Position numbers and translations under genes: made by a program
In this document: piece after piece, positions 11,789 through 25,400 of the stretch
Layout of the letters: every line of letters begins with the position of its first letter
Position numbering within the stretch: the stretch's first letter is position 1
Notes under the pieces: model-generated
Database searches by the model: none
Seen by the model: the letters and a program-made list of their open reading frames with translations, nothing else
Told to the model about the DNA's origin: nothing
NCBI GenBank assembly: GCA_903813345.2
Contig: CAIIXF020000001.1
Coordinates: 28,582,001 to 28,646,000 of the forward strand
Reading direction: 5' to 3'
Origin: Owenia fusiformis
Taxonomy: Eukaryota
Length of the DNA: 64,000 bases

Positions 11789-14490
11789 TCAAAAAGTATA
11801 TGTTGGAAAGATTGATATAGGTAGCATCAACAGAAATAGTCTATGTATGACAATGTGTTAACGTTGATATATGCTAAGTCAACAGAAATAGTATATGTTG
11901 GAAAGATTGATATAGGTAGCATCAACAGAAATAGTCTATGTATAACAATGTGTTAACATTAATATATGCTAAGTCAACAGAAATAGTATATGTTGGAAAG
12001 ATTGTTATAGGTAGCATCAACAGAAATAGTCTATGTATACCAATGTGTTAACATTGATATAATAATGCTAAGTCAACAGAAATAGTCTATGTATAACAAT
12101 GTGTTAACATTGATATATGCTAAGTCAACAGAAATAGTATATGTTGGAAAGATTGTTATAGGTAGCATCAACAGAAATAGTCTATGTATAACAATGTGTT
12201 AACATTAATATATGCTAAGTCAACAGAAATAGTATATGTTGGAAAGATTGTTATAGGTAGCATCAACAGAAATAGTCTATGTATAACAATGTGTTAACAT
12301 TAATATATGCTAAGTCAACAGAAATAGTATATGTTGGAAAGATTGTTATAGGTAGCATCAACAGAAATAGTCTATGTATAACAATGTGTTAACATTAATA
12401 TATGCTAAGTCAACAGAAATAGTATATGTTGGAAAGATTGTTATAGGTAGCATCAAGATAAATAGTCTATGTATACCAACGTGTTAACATTGATATATGC
12501 TAAGTCAACAGAAATAGTCTATGTATAACAATGTGTTAACATTGATATATGCTAAGTCAACAGAAATAGTATATGTTGGAAAGATTGATATAGGTAGCAT
12601 CAACAGAAATAGTCTATGTATAACAATGTGTTAACATTAATATATGCTAAGTCAACAGAAATAGTATATGTTGGAAAGATTGTTATAGGTAGCATCAAGA
12701 TAAATAGTCTATGTATACCAACGTGTTAACATTGATATATGCTAAGTCAACAGAAATAGTCTATGTATAACAATGTGTTAACATTGATATATGCTAAGTC
12801 AACAGAAATAGTATATGTTGGAAAGATTGATATAGGTAGCATCAACAGAAATAGTCTATGTATAACAATGTGTTAACATTAATATATGCTAAGTCAACAG
12901 AAATAGTATATGTTGGAAAGATTGTTATAGGTAGCATCAACAGAAATAGTCTATGTATACCAACGTGTTAACATTGATATATGCTAAGTCAACAGAAATA
13001 GTCTATGTATAACAATGTGTTAACATTGATATATGCTAAGTCAACAGAAATAGTATATGTTGGAAAGATTGTTATAGGTAGCATCAACAGAAATAGTCTA
13101 TGTATAACAATGTTTTAACATTAATATATGCTAAGTCAACAGAAATAGTATATGTTGGAAAGATTGTTATAGGTAGCATCAACAGAAATAGTCTATGTAT
13201 AACAATGTGTTAACATTAATATATGCTAAGTCAACAGAAATAGTATATGTTGGAAAGATTGTTATAGGTAGCATCAACAGAAATAGTCTATGTATAACAA
13301 TGTGTTAACATTAATATATGCTAAGTCAACAGAAATAGTATATGTTGGAAAGATTGTTATAGGTAGCATCAACAGAAATAGTCTATGTATAACAATGTGT
13401 TAACATTAATATATGCTAAGTCAACAGAAATAGTATATGTTGGAAAGATTGTTATAGGTAGCATCAACAGAAATAGTCTATGTATACCAACGTGTTAACA
13501 TTGATATATGCTAAGTCAACAGAAATAGTCTATGTATAACAATGTGTTAACATTGATATATGCTAAGTCAACAGAAATAGTATATGTTGGAAAGATTGAT
13601 ATAGGTAGCATCAACAGAAATAGTCTATGTATAACAATGTGTTAACATTGATATATGCTAAGTCAACAGAAATAGTATATGTTGGAAAGATTGTTATAGG
13701 TAGCATCAACAGAAATAGTCTATGTATAACAATGTGTTAACATTAATATATGCTAAGTCAACAGAAATAGTATATGTTGGAAAGATTGTTATAGGTAGCA
13801 TCAACAGAAATAGTCTATGTATAACAATGTGTTAACATTAATATATGCTAAGTCAACAGAAATAGTATATGTTGGAAAGATTGTTATAGGTAGCATCAAC
13901 AGAAATAGTCTATGTATAACAATGTGTTAACATTAATATATGCTAAGTCAACAGAAATAGTATATGTTGGAAAGATTGTTATAGGTAGCATCAACAGAAA
14001 TAGTCTATGTATAACAATGTGTTAACATTAATATATGCTAAGTCAACAGAAATAGTATATGTTGGAAAGATTGATATAGGTAGCATCAACAGAAATAGTC
14101 TATGTATAACAATGTGTTAACATTAATATATGCTAAGTCAACAGAAATAGTATATGTTGGAAAGATTGATATAGGTAGCATCAACAGAAATAGTCTATGT
14201 ATAACAATGTGTTAACATTAATATATGCTAAGTCAACAGAAATAGTATATGTTGGAAAGATTGTTATAGGTAGCATCAACAGAAATAGTCTATGTATACC
14301 AACGTGTTAACATTGATATATGCTAAGTCAACAGAAATAGTCTATGTATAACAATGTGTTAACATTGATATATGCTAAGTCAACAGAAATAGTATATTTT
14401 GGATTGATTGATATAGGTAGCATCAACAGAAATAGTCTATGTATAACAATGTGTTAACATTAATATATGCTAAGTCAACAGAAATAGTCT
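11789..14490. repeat. Satellite array, 95-bp unit made of related 43-bp (A) and 52-bp (B) subunits
   Basis: A = TCAACAGAAATAGTATATGTTGGAAAGATTG(A/T)TATAGGTAGCA; B = TCAACAGAAATAGTCTATGTATAACAATGTGTTAACATT(A/G)ATATATGCTAAG. Copies are near-identical with occasional ABB units. Confidence 0.97.
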
Positions 14491-16350
14491 AGGCTATGTA
14501 TTTTTATGCGGAAACATTGATGTGTAACGACATCAAATATTACACTTTTGGCTGAAGAGCGAAGGCAGAAAAACGGAAACAAGACGCAAACTGAGGAAAT
14601 TTGAAAGGGGTTTAAATGACAAGTTAATTAAAAAGGGTACAGTAATCTTCATGGAACCTCAACATCATACTGAATTATCTTAGTAATTGAATGGCCTTAT
14701 AAACGATTAATCGAATAAACATTTATTCTGTACAAGACAATAATAGGTGGGGAAGCCTTTGTCTTACGTTACTGTTGTTTAATATCTTGAAACTATGACA
14801 ACCATACTAGAAGTTCTCATGATCGCTTCTTCATTGGGACTTTATTTGGTTTCTGTATGGGAAATATAAAAATAAATATCAATAATAAATAGTATGTCAC
14901 ATTAACGAGCATGGTGCGTCATCCTCGATACTGAACAAAGTGGTTTTCTACTAATTAAGGAGAATCCCACTGAATTCGACTGGAACAAAGAAATGAAAAT
15001 GTGTTTCCTAATAAACAAAAATTATCGGTCGTAGTTATGCCTTAATTACTAATTATTTGTAATTGTGCAACAATAATTCGAAAATAACGAATAGCGACAA
15101 AGAAAAGTACAAAGTAACCTAGGTAAGTTAATCCATCTGTGTATTCTTGCATCACAATAGGATTAAGAGGGATTAGTTCTGCTCATCAAACCTGTGTTAC
15201 AAATATCTAAACAGAGAAAAGACAAATCTAGGCCTCTGGAACCGGACTAAATGCAGTGATATTTTTTATCAGCATTACTTTTGGATTAGCAGGCTATTTT
15301 ATTATGGGATTAGACCGGAATAGTTAAGATTTCTCTCGCTCGCTTTTATTTCAACAATTGGTGATTCAAATTAAAGAGAACGAGTTTAGATCGCTTTGAA
15401 CGACACTCAGCTGTGTCTGCCTACCCCTACCTTTGATAAACGGTAAGTTAATGTTATTTTTTAGGTATGCTCTATTTGGGGCTTTATAAGATAGGCTCTT
15501 TCATATATTTGTAGATTTAATAGGGAAGCATTTACAAGCAAAATAATTAACTATAGAGAGCTAACAAAAAGTAATCTGTTGTAAATATTGAGATGTCACA
15601 TACATAGTTCAAACTTTAAACGTACCCTTTTAAATTCAAACATTAAATTTATAAAAGGCTCTTTCTCGAGTCTGTCAATGAAATACTTTAAATAGCTCCA
15701 CATTTTGGAAAATATAAACAAGTCAAGGATGATGGAAATGTTAATTATGTTAAGAATATCACTTTTAGGACAGCAGACAACGTCGTCTCGAGGATAAATG
15801 GATTAGAATGTGACTGAGCTGTTGTTGGACATGACGAAAATCCAACCACTTTGCTCCTAGATACAGACTACTGGCAGGTAAGAAATGTTTATGATGAATA
15901 AAAAAACAGAAAAAGTTCAACAAAAAGTTTGGCCTGATTGTCCGCCTATAGGATGATAAATTATAAAATATAGGAAATTGAACTAAAGCTTTTTCATAAC
16001 ATATTTTATTTTACTCTGACGTTTCAATTTCTTGATAGGGATTAAGACCATTCTTTCGAACGCCAAAAATATACAATATTTCATTTTTCATTTTTGTGAC
16101 AAGTATGCTAATTGGACAAGTGCAATGTATGTTTATTCAAAACATACAATTCTATTTTAATTAAATGCTTTTATTGATCAGTTCAAATTGTTCAATAAAC
16201 ACCAGTGTGATATATTATTTCATTTGTATCATCCGCTTATCAATGAAAAATTAATGATCTACGCACAGATCCCTAGCAGATAATAGGACTTTACAGTAGT
16301 AGTTCCTTAATCAAGAATTCCAGTGTCGGGACGCTCGGAATAAATTTCAG

Positions 16351-16404
16351 TGACGTCACAGTTCGACTATAAAAGCGCAACAATTGATTGCCTTCAAGTT
16401 AGTT
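16351..16404 (+). promoter_or_regulatory. Core promoter of the GPCR: CRE + TATA box + initiator-like motif
   Basis: TGACGTCA 16351-16358, TATAAAA 16368-16374, TTAGTT 16399-16404 about 30 bp downstream of TATA, ATG at 16454. Confidence 0.7.
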
Positions 16405-16453
16405 TGGATTATTGAAATACAATTCGTTACTTCTTCAGAAATTCACAAAGAAG

Positions 16454-19400
16454 ATGATTTCAAAGATGCAGTGTGTTATCAACGTTTTACTTATGGGTAA
16501 GTGAATTTAAAGTATAAAACAAAACAATCTCTAGATCTCTATCAATCATGGTCATATAAATATTGATGGATATAATTAAGGTAATGGGTTAGAACTCTCT
16601 AAATGTATAATTACTATGATTATACCTGTACAAGTCGTAAGTATTCCGAACTTAATGAGCCTTTCTAGTCTACAAGAAAATAAATGGATATTTTATCTGG
16701 TCATTGGCACACTATACAATTAGCAAACACTTATAAACGAAATAAACTATTAGAGCTTTATCAGACCTATAATTAAATGTTTCCCCACCCACTGGAAGAG
16801 GATGTCAAAGGAAGTTTATATGTTTAGCATCCCGATATGACGTCATACAAAAACTTATAAATCACGAGTACAAAAAAGGCTAGTAAATTACTAATTCAAA
16901 TTCGAAGTATTTTCACGTTGGTCTCGATATATGATATATATTTGTATACCGATATATGTTTGTCACATAATATACATTTCATCTATGAAATGTTATGTCA
17001 TGCATCAAAGTTGAGAGTTCTTTCTTGAATACAGGTATAGCACAATATCTATTGCCACAGATATATACCCATTTTACTTTCACAAATAGCCTTGCCCAAG
17101 TCGGTCTCTTTTACTTATCTTGATTTCTATCATGACCGCGGATAAGATAAGATATCAGATAAGTAAAAAAAACTTGGGCAAGGCTATTTCACAAATAGAA
17201 TATTACTTATTATAATATATACTTAATGATTAGTAATTATATTACTAATTAAGCATAAATAAAGCACATCTTAATTGAGAATAAAACAGGTAACGGAGAT
17301 CTAGCTCTTCAATTTGGAATAAAGATGTTGATTGCCCGATAAAGATATTAACTGGAGAGAAGTTTATAGCTTTCTGCAGTCAATTTCATTGTCAGTCAAT
17401 AAGCCCTGAAAAACCTATTAAACCTATTAGACTTATCTGTTCAATCAAGCTCATCGATTGCTATATGCAAACTGTGTGTATCTATTCATACCATGACTTC
17501 ATTTATAAGCAATCTGGTGCCAGTTTTATCAGATATAATTACACTCTTTGACATTTATTTATGTTTGCAATTATTAATACACTTTTGATATTCTAAGGAA
17601 AAATAAAAGTAATTAATAGACTGGAGTCTCACTCGCTGGAAATAACACTGATTTGACAAAGTACTGTTCCGTGGGGCCATTTATAAATGTTGAACGCGTT
17701 GGATTTGTTTAATGCCAAAACTAAAACAAAAAGGTAATTGTTTTTATCAAATATGAAGGCATTACACAAACATATGAATAAACAGACAACGTGACCTTTA
17801 CAAGTGGACATGACTTAAAAATGACCTTTAACTATGCGAAAATAAAAACACTCCAACGTCATCTTATTTTATGTGTTCCTGCACCGCCAATTCACAAACA
17901 AACAAACAAAATATACTTTCCAGCAAATAAGCATGAAAACATTTTATGACTAGTGTTTATAAAAAAAACTATACGATCCCGAGTGAGCACCGAGACACGT
18001 CTTTTGCTTGATGAGAGGTGTGCATTGAGAGGGATGTGTATTGGGGATGTTTTAGTCGAATGGTGTATGTGTGCTTTTGAAGGTATTTTACTCAAGGGGT
18101 GTATACAGGCTTTTGGAAATATTTTAGTCAAGGGTAGTATTCGGGTATTTGGATGTATTTTAGTCGAGGGCTGTATGCATGCTTTTTGAGGTCTTTAGGC
18201 AAGGATGTTTGAGGGCTTTTTGGAGGTATTTTATTCGAAGGCTTTTAGTCGAGGGCTTTATTGGGGCTTTTTGTCTAGGGTGTATACGGGCTTTTGGATC
18301 TCTCTATTCTGATGCTTTTTATGATTTTGCAATGTATCTGTGTGACAATCAGATGCTTTACTGATTTGTTACAGGTAATTAATACTCTGTAAATAGAAAA
18401 TAATATGATAATGAAAATCAGATATTAACACATGTTTGAACAATATAACAGGAATATCCTTGAGTTTTGGAATAATTTATTGTATTCAAAGTGCACTGAA
18501 CAATTATTCAATGAACTAAACATGAAGTTAACCATCAGAAATATTCAAAGTGATTCTAATAATTATTCAATGAACTAAAATGAAGTTTATCGTCAGAAAC
18601 CACAAGGGATGTACCTGGAATACAAAGATAAGATAGCATCTAACAAACAATATGAAGGGATTGAGTTACAGGATGTCAAATAATATTTTCTGTAATTTCG
18701 GTACCATTTGCATAGGTTCGGCTGTTTGATGCCCATTCTGTCATAAATTGTTCAGAAATTGTATGCTTTGTCCTCGTTGGTCTTGAAAAATCAAAGTATC
18801 CGGGTCTTTAAATATTCTTTCGTATGGTATATCACACAAACAGCATCCATGAATAAACAAAACGTGTTTAATGGAAATATGTCAATTAGTCACTTTACAA
18901 TCACAAACATAGAAATTAAACTAAAATAATAACTCAAAAATAGATTTCCATTTAATTGCGTTGATGTTACTTAAAAGCATCGATTCGGAATCTAAATATC
19001 GTTGTATAAATTGAAAGGTCACAACGTGGAATGGAATATAAATTGAAAAATGGAGCATTTATCAAAGATTGGGGCAGCTGTTTCTGATCTATAAAAAACA
19101 TGATACCTGAACATAGAACAGAAATTGTGATTTATTTTCAACTGTGCAATGTTACGATTTACGATATAAGTCAATGGCCTCATCACAACCAATTATAGCG
19201 GAGTTATGTATAAAGGTCCTTCAGCGTGAATACAAAAATGAAATTGTGCGCTTTAAAAATTATAAAGCAAGGTTTTTTATTAGTGATATAATGGCAGAGT
19301 CGTAACAAGAGCAGCAATTTTCCATCACTTACTTCCATAAGTTCATTAGAGAATGGACGTAAAGTCATTTTTCATTTCATGTTTCCATTTGCATTCGTAT

Positions 19401-22400
19401 GCCTAGCATCTACCAAGTTCAGAAATCGCATTAGTAAGAGTACAATATTTTCAGACAATGATTTATAAGTTACAACTATGTGAGCTCAGTATGTATATTT
19501 ATTCAACAGATCTCATTAAACATTTGTGTTAAGCTTTCCTATTCAATTAATAATGACTCTAATTATAAAACGTAATCCAACTTTATGTATTTATAGTAAA
19601 TACAGACTTCTATCGCAAGACGTAAGACATATATTCAATTCGAACTCCATCTCAAAAAATATCACAATTACGTAAATGTAAAAATGAAATATTTATAAAT
19701 ATGTCGTTGGTATAGCACCCACGGGGAACTTTTGATGGAGCATTCAGAGATCGCTCTAATGTGAATCGACAATCTTTTTACTTATTAGTAGAAACAAACA
19801 AGCCCTTTGTTGTTGCTATAGTGTGACTAGATTATTATAAATCATACGGGGAATAGGAAAACAAAAAGAGGCCAGCCAGTGAGATTGATAAAGGGGGATG
19901 ACCATTTATAGCTAGATAATTGTAACTTTAAATAACAAAAGAGAAAGGTCAACAATTGCAGTTAAAACAACTCAAACCATATAAGTACAGAGTGGGCTAA
20001 AAAGCATTTGAAATATATAGCACCACATTGTTCCTCAGTGAAACTGATAAAAAGGCATTATTTGGCTTAAGATTTATACGCACATCTACAAATATTTGAA
20101 ATTCGGTTTGAAACCAGAGGATTTTCATTTTCCTTTTGACATTTTACTCCATACATATTCAATACAACAGGCGATGCTCAATTTAGTGAAATTAGTCAGC
20201 AGATATCATTTCTACATATTTTGAGACATTTTTGTGTAAATTGGACGAACATTTTCCAAATAAGAGCAATTTTAGTAAAAAAGATGCGTCAATAAGTAGA
20301 ATCGATATGAATGTTCCATTTTTTGGCCCACCCTGTACAGTATCATGTACAAGAGAATTCATATGATATTATCTTCATTAGGCTTGATTAATCAACGTAT
20401 CCAGATCTAAAAATGTTTTTTCTAATGGCATATTACATCACAAAGCAGCAATAGTTACGCCAATAATAAGTCAATTGACTCCTTTCTTCATCAGTTTCAT
20501 AGAGGAACCATGTGCTTCTATATATTCTAAAGAATATAGCTTATAGCCCATTATATCGCACTTAGGATAGTACCAAATGTAATTCACACAATGAATAATA
20601 GAAAGTCAAAGCATACATATCAGTAAGTTAACTCTATTCAACAATTCCTTTTTATTTTCAATTTTAAAGGTCAATAAAATCCGACATTTAGTATGGTCAG
20701 GTGTAACATGAAACACAGAAACACATATTTTCAATGCCCCCGAAATACATGCCTGTAGATTCCCCTGATCTGTGTATTATTCAAACACTTAAAAAGTCTG
20801 GTTTTAACACGCATCCGTCTCACTCCTAGCCACACCTTATCCCCTCATTACCCTCTATGTCTACTCTCTACCCATCTTTCCATCCGATGAGATGTGTACA
20901 GTAAAACTTGTCTTAGTGAACACCTCTCTCTAATGAACACCTGTGTTAAGTGAACACCACTTCAAGACGTTTTATATTTACTCCTGTATAAAATCCTCTT
21001 TCTGTAGTTAACACCTGCCTCGAGTGAACACCTTTTGTCGCTTCATATGTGTTCACTCTATACAGGTTTTACTGTACTACTTTTATATGTTTACATCTGC
21101 TCCTGGGAAATGTACATGACGTATACACTTTTAAGAAGCGGTAAATCAAACACGTTATCATCAACCAGCAGAGAGGGAGATATGACTTAGGTATAATAGA
21201 TGAGCAGATTATCCACGGATTAAGCCCTTCTATTAAGACCTCCATAAAGCTCTCGTAAACGTATCTTTGAATCTAATGACCTCATTCAAATGGAACATTA
21301 GAGACTCTATTTTCCCAACCATATATGAAACAAAAGTTTAAAAATGAGACATGGAACTAATCTTTTTCCAACGGCCCCACGTAACAATTTTTAAGTGAAA
21401 TCCAGGGATCCAAAGTGTAAATCCATCCGTTGGAAGTCTAATGTGACAATTGAACCCTACCGGTATAAATGTAATGTAAAAAATGGTTGCTTCTCCATTA
21501 TTTTGTAAAATGACTTAATTATTATCTCCGAGAACTATAAATTCTATAAACGCAATGCGTTCATTGCGTTTCATTTTCATGTAAAATCTCAAAAATAGCC
21601 TGCAAACCTTTTCGCGATAGTTTAGAAGTAGAGTATTTGATGTAGGAGATTTTAAATAGTGTTTAGAGTAATATGGACATATTATCCAGGACAGAACAGG
21701 AGGACGACCCAACAATTTACTTCTGACCTTTCGTCTGTACGAGTCATCAAAATACATGAATATAAAATTACAAGACTTTTCCTTTTGTGTCTATAGCCCG
21801 TAAGCAGGGGTAAGGATCATGTAAAATGCAATCCCTTGTAACCATAATTCGTTCGTGGGCTCATGGACATTTCGGTTAGAGTCGCAGTTACCATATACTT
21901 TATAGTGCGAGTGTACAATCTCAATATATGATAAATACTGTATTGCTCTTTTCACTTTCTTTTGACTGCGTCATAATATGATTCTTCAATTCTTCCAGCA
22001 ACTTCCATAATATGCGTGGATTCGAGTACTTCGGAACCAGTTTCTGGGACAACCTTTTCACATGGCAGTACAACCATTTCATCATACACTACAACTGTTT
22101 CAACAACAAGTGCAACATTTTCAACAGATACGAATACAACACAATCAGACTCGTCCAATAAAACTGCTCTTCTACAAACAGGAGTGACACAAGATGCAAA
22201 TATAACTGAAAATGAAAAAGTAACCCAAGAAAAAGAATCAAGCACTGACCAATCAGTACTAAGCAAAATTGTTAATGGTAGTGCTGAAGAAACTACAAAA
22301 GCGTTCCCTTTTGGCAACAACGGACAGATCAATCCAAGGGAGTTTGATTTTTCAGATCTTTTTAAGAAAGGGCCTGGTCCAAATCGTACTCTCCCGAACT

Positions 22401-25400
22401 GGACAAATGGCACATCAGATCCTGAAATCAATGTAGTTCAACTCACCCTGGTGGCTATTGTATATGGACTTACATTTCTTATGGGAGCAATAGGTGGGTA
22501 GGTGAATATGATGCTATGGTCTAGTATCTAGTATTATTGACCTCTCCAAAGGTTGACTGTAAAATGTATATACCGACTATGGGGTTAACAATTGAGATAT
22601 AACTTTGAAAGTCAACTGAATGAAGAGGTCTATGTACAAGGTAGGGATAACTTACTATAAAAACTAATATACGGTACAAGGCATTAACATGCAAAATGTC
22701 TCCACCTGCCATTTGTTACAGACGCCGACCACCATTACGCCAACCTCCGCACGCCGAACACCGACCACCGAAAACCGTCCATAAATTAAAAAAGTTGGTG
22801 GTGACATAAGAGAAAACTGAACAGAAAATATTGCACTATCTAACCAATCAAAATTGAGAATTTATAAAAACAAAACACATAGAAATACATATGTGTCTGT
22901 ACAATTATAAGCCATTAAATTATATAATAGATCTGCCTCCTACATAAAAATTCATTTAAGATGTAGGGACATGATGCAAATCTCTTGTCTTGTCATCATC
23001 TTACTTATAATGACAATATTTCACATCAACGATTCTTAATGAAATTCTAATGTAAACTACTGTCTCTAACCTCTGTTTAAACAGTTTACTGTAAAATCAA
23101 ACGTACATCGAAATAAAAACAAATCAGTTTAGTCAAAATCAAATTAACTGATAAGCAAACATTTTATTGTTTAATATTAGAGTTAAATAACGATTGTGAA
23201 ACAGCGGACATGTGTTATTGGAAATCAAAATTATCGCTGAATGTGAACTATTGTATCAAAATAAATTACCTTTATATCAATGGTTTATGTAATACATATG
23301 TATGTGCTATGTTGATAAGTTATATGTTTGTGCTCTATTTTAGGTAATATATTTGTGTTGATCGCTGTCCTGGCGTTCATCAAGACCGCTGATATCACCA
23401 ATGTGTTCTTATTAAGTCTCTCGTGTGCGGACTTACTACTCATACTCGTCTGCCTACCATTCAGGGTATGTGTACATTAACTAATTTTCAATTTGTTTAA
23501 TTCTTGATTTCATTACGGAAATAGAAGCTTAAGAAAGAAAGCGCGTTAACTCCGGTTTGTGCAAAACTGGATAAAACAGTTAGATTGTTATTCGCCGTGA
23601 TGTGTTGGAAGCTTTACCATCCCATTTTCTCCTAAAGGGGAAGCATTTTATCGTTGCTGAACTATTATAGTGACCTCAGTTGATCCGACCTCTACCTACT
23701 GCCAGGCCCGTAGCCCGTAAAATTATCTCAAATGCTTATTTGCATGCTTTTTTCACAATTTTGAACAGTTTCCGCTTAATTTTTTCAAATGTAACCCTCT
23801 GGAATCTTTCAGACCTTTAGATTTAACCTTTTGTGACCTAAATAAATTAAACGTTACCAATGATTTCAAAACACATTTTTGGTGCATTCAATGCATTGAA
23901 CTTGAACTTTAACCTTGTGTGACCTCGATAGCGCAAATGTTTGCCTTGTACAATGGTGAATGACTGCCAGAAAATAATCGTATCAACCATTCACTTACAC
24001 TATGGAACACAAACTTTATTTATCTGAAAAAATAAGAACTGTTAAACAAGCAGCATGAGAATTTCCGAAATCTATGAGGTATGTGCCTCATTTAATTATT
24101 AAAACGAAATAAATTCGCGTTGTAAGAGGGAAGTAATCCTTAAGCTTTGATTTACAGAAACGCAGCTTTGTATCCAGGTTTAGACATGGTGCAAGTTACA
24201 GAGCCTTGTGATTTTTCAATTATCATATGGTCCTTCATTGGCTCAAACGCATTTCCCTTAAACTTCAAAATCAGTACTAAAAATATGATGAACATGGTGA
24301 CCCTGACATACTTTATCCTGAAATGGTTTTAATACAGTTGGACTGTCTCCAGGGGCTTAATGTCACTTTAAAATAAATATAAGAAAGTGCCTACATCAAA
24401 CACAGATAATGAGGGAATTATAGAGAAAGTGTTGGCACTTGTCGTGTTTATATTAAGAAGAATGCTCATTTACCATCTATGAAAAATCGTTTCACGTCGG
24501 TCTAAAATTAATCTCCCACTCGTGTTACTATTTGTGTCTCAGTAATGTCTGTGTAAAATGTGCTTGAATTTTGATTGATTGTCGTATTTTCTTTATTTGT
24601 CTATACGTTTCTTGTTGACCTAATATGGTTTATACACAATATATGATTTGCATGGATGTGTTTTTCCAATGTTACCCTTTGTGGTTTCTCATTACAGGCG
24701 GTTGAGTACTTTATGGATGGCTGGCACGCTCCAGGGTGGACGTGTTACATGGTGACATACTTGGTGAGGGTCAGTTTCAGTTGTTCGATCCTTACATTGA
24801 CTATGATGGCAGTAGAAAGGTAATTTGCATCGCATATGGTTCTAAAACAAATTGAATGAAGTAGACATGGGCAAGATGAAGTATATGACAAGAGGGACCG
24901 ATATTGTTTGTATGGCAACTCCACACCCCAAGAATGGCTCTTAAGTAGACTATTTTAAGGAAAGCCAAACGAAATTGTCTTATCCCATGTTCCGATTTCA
25001 CCTTAGGCTCCCGTTTTATAACTTACTTAAACTAGTTTTGAAACTTAACAGCTTCCACGTGCATTATGATCAGAGAGATGTTCCTTCCTTTTCTCTTTTT
25101 AGATACTACGCCATTTGCCACGCATTGAAGTCCAGATATAAGTCTACAACCAAGAAGGCGTGGCTCACCTGTGGTATCGTGTGGTTGGCATCGTTTGTAC
25201 TGGCACTGCCGACGTTTTTCGCCCATGTAGGTCATTTTTGCTTTCAATGGAAAAGTATGCACTCAGACCGATCATCAATTCGCATTATTAAGAGCTTTCA
25301 TGAGTTTTGAAGTATTAGACTTTTAAATCTTTATCTTTGTTTGACTTCTGAATTATGATCTGAATAAATTATTTGTATTTTTGTTGCCGCACTAACAAAC

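Noticed and set aside
11789-14490. CRISPR-like array (recurring TCAACAGAAATAGT motif with intervening sequence)
   Set aside because: The intervening sequences are themselves repeated, not unique spacers; there are no cas genes and the context is eukaryotic.
11168-20337. One 9-kb Tc1/mariner element enclosing the satellite and GPCR promoter
   Set aside because: The termini match, but the right end has a nearer partner at 19986 and similar ends are scattered (55180, 61428). Independent fragments are more parsimonious.
22012-22161. ATG at 22012 as the GPCR start or a uORF
   Set aside because: It is out of frame with the receptor and stops after 49 codons; the spliced start at 16454 explains the frame.
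21952-22431. 159-aa antisense ORF
   Set aside because: Shadow of the Ser/Thr-rich GPCR exon 2.
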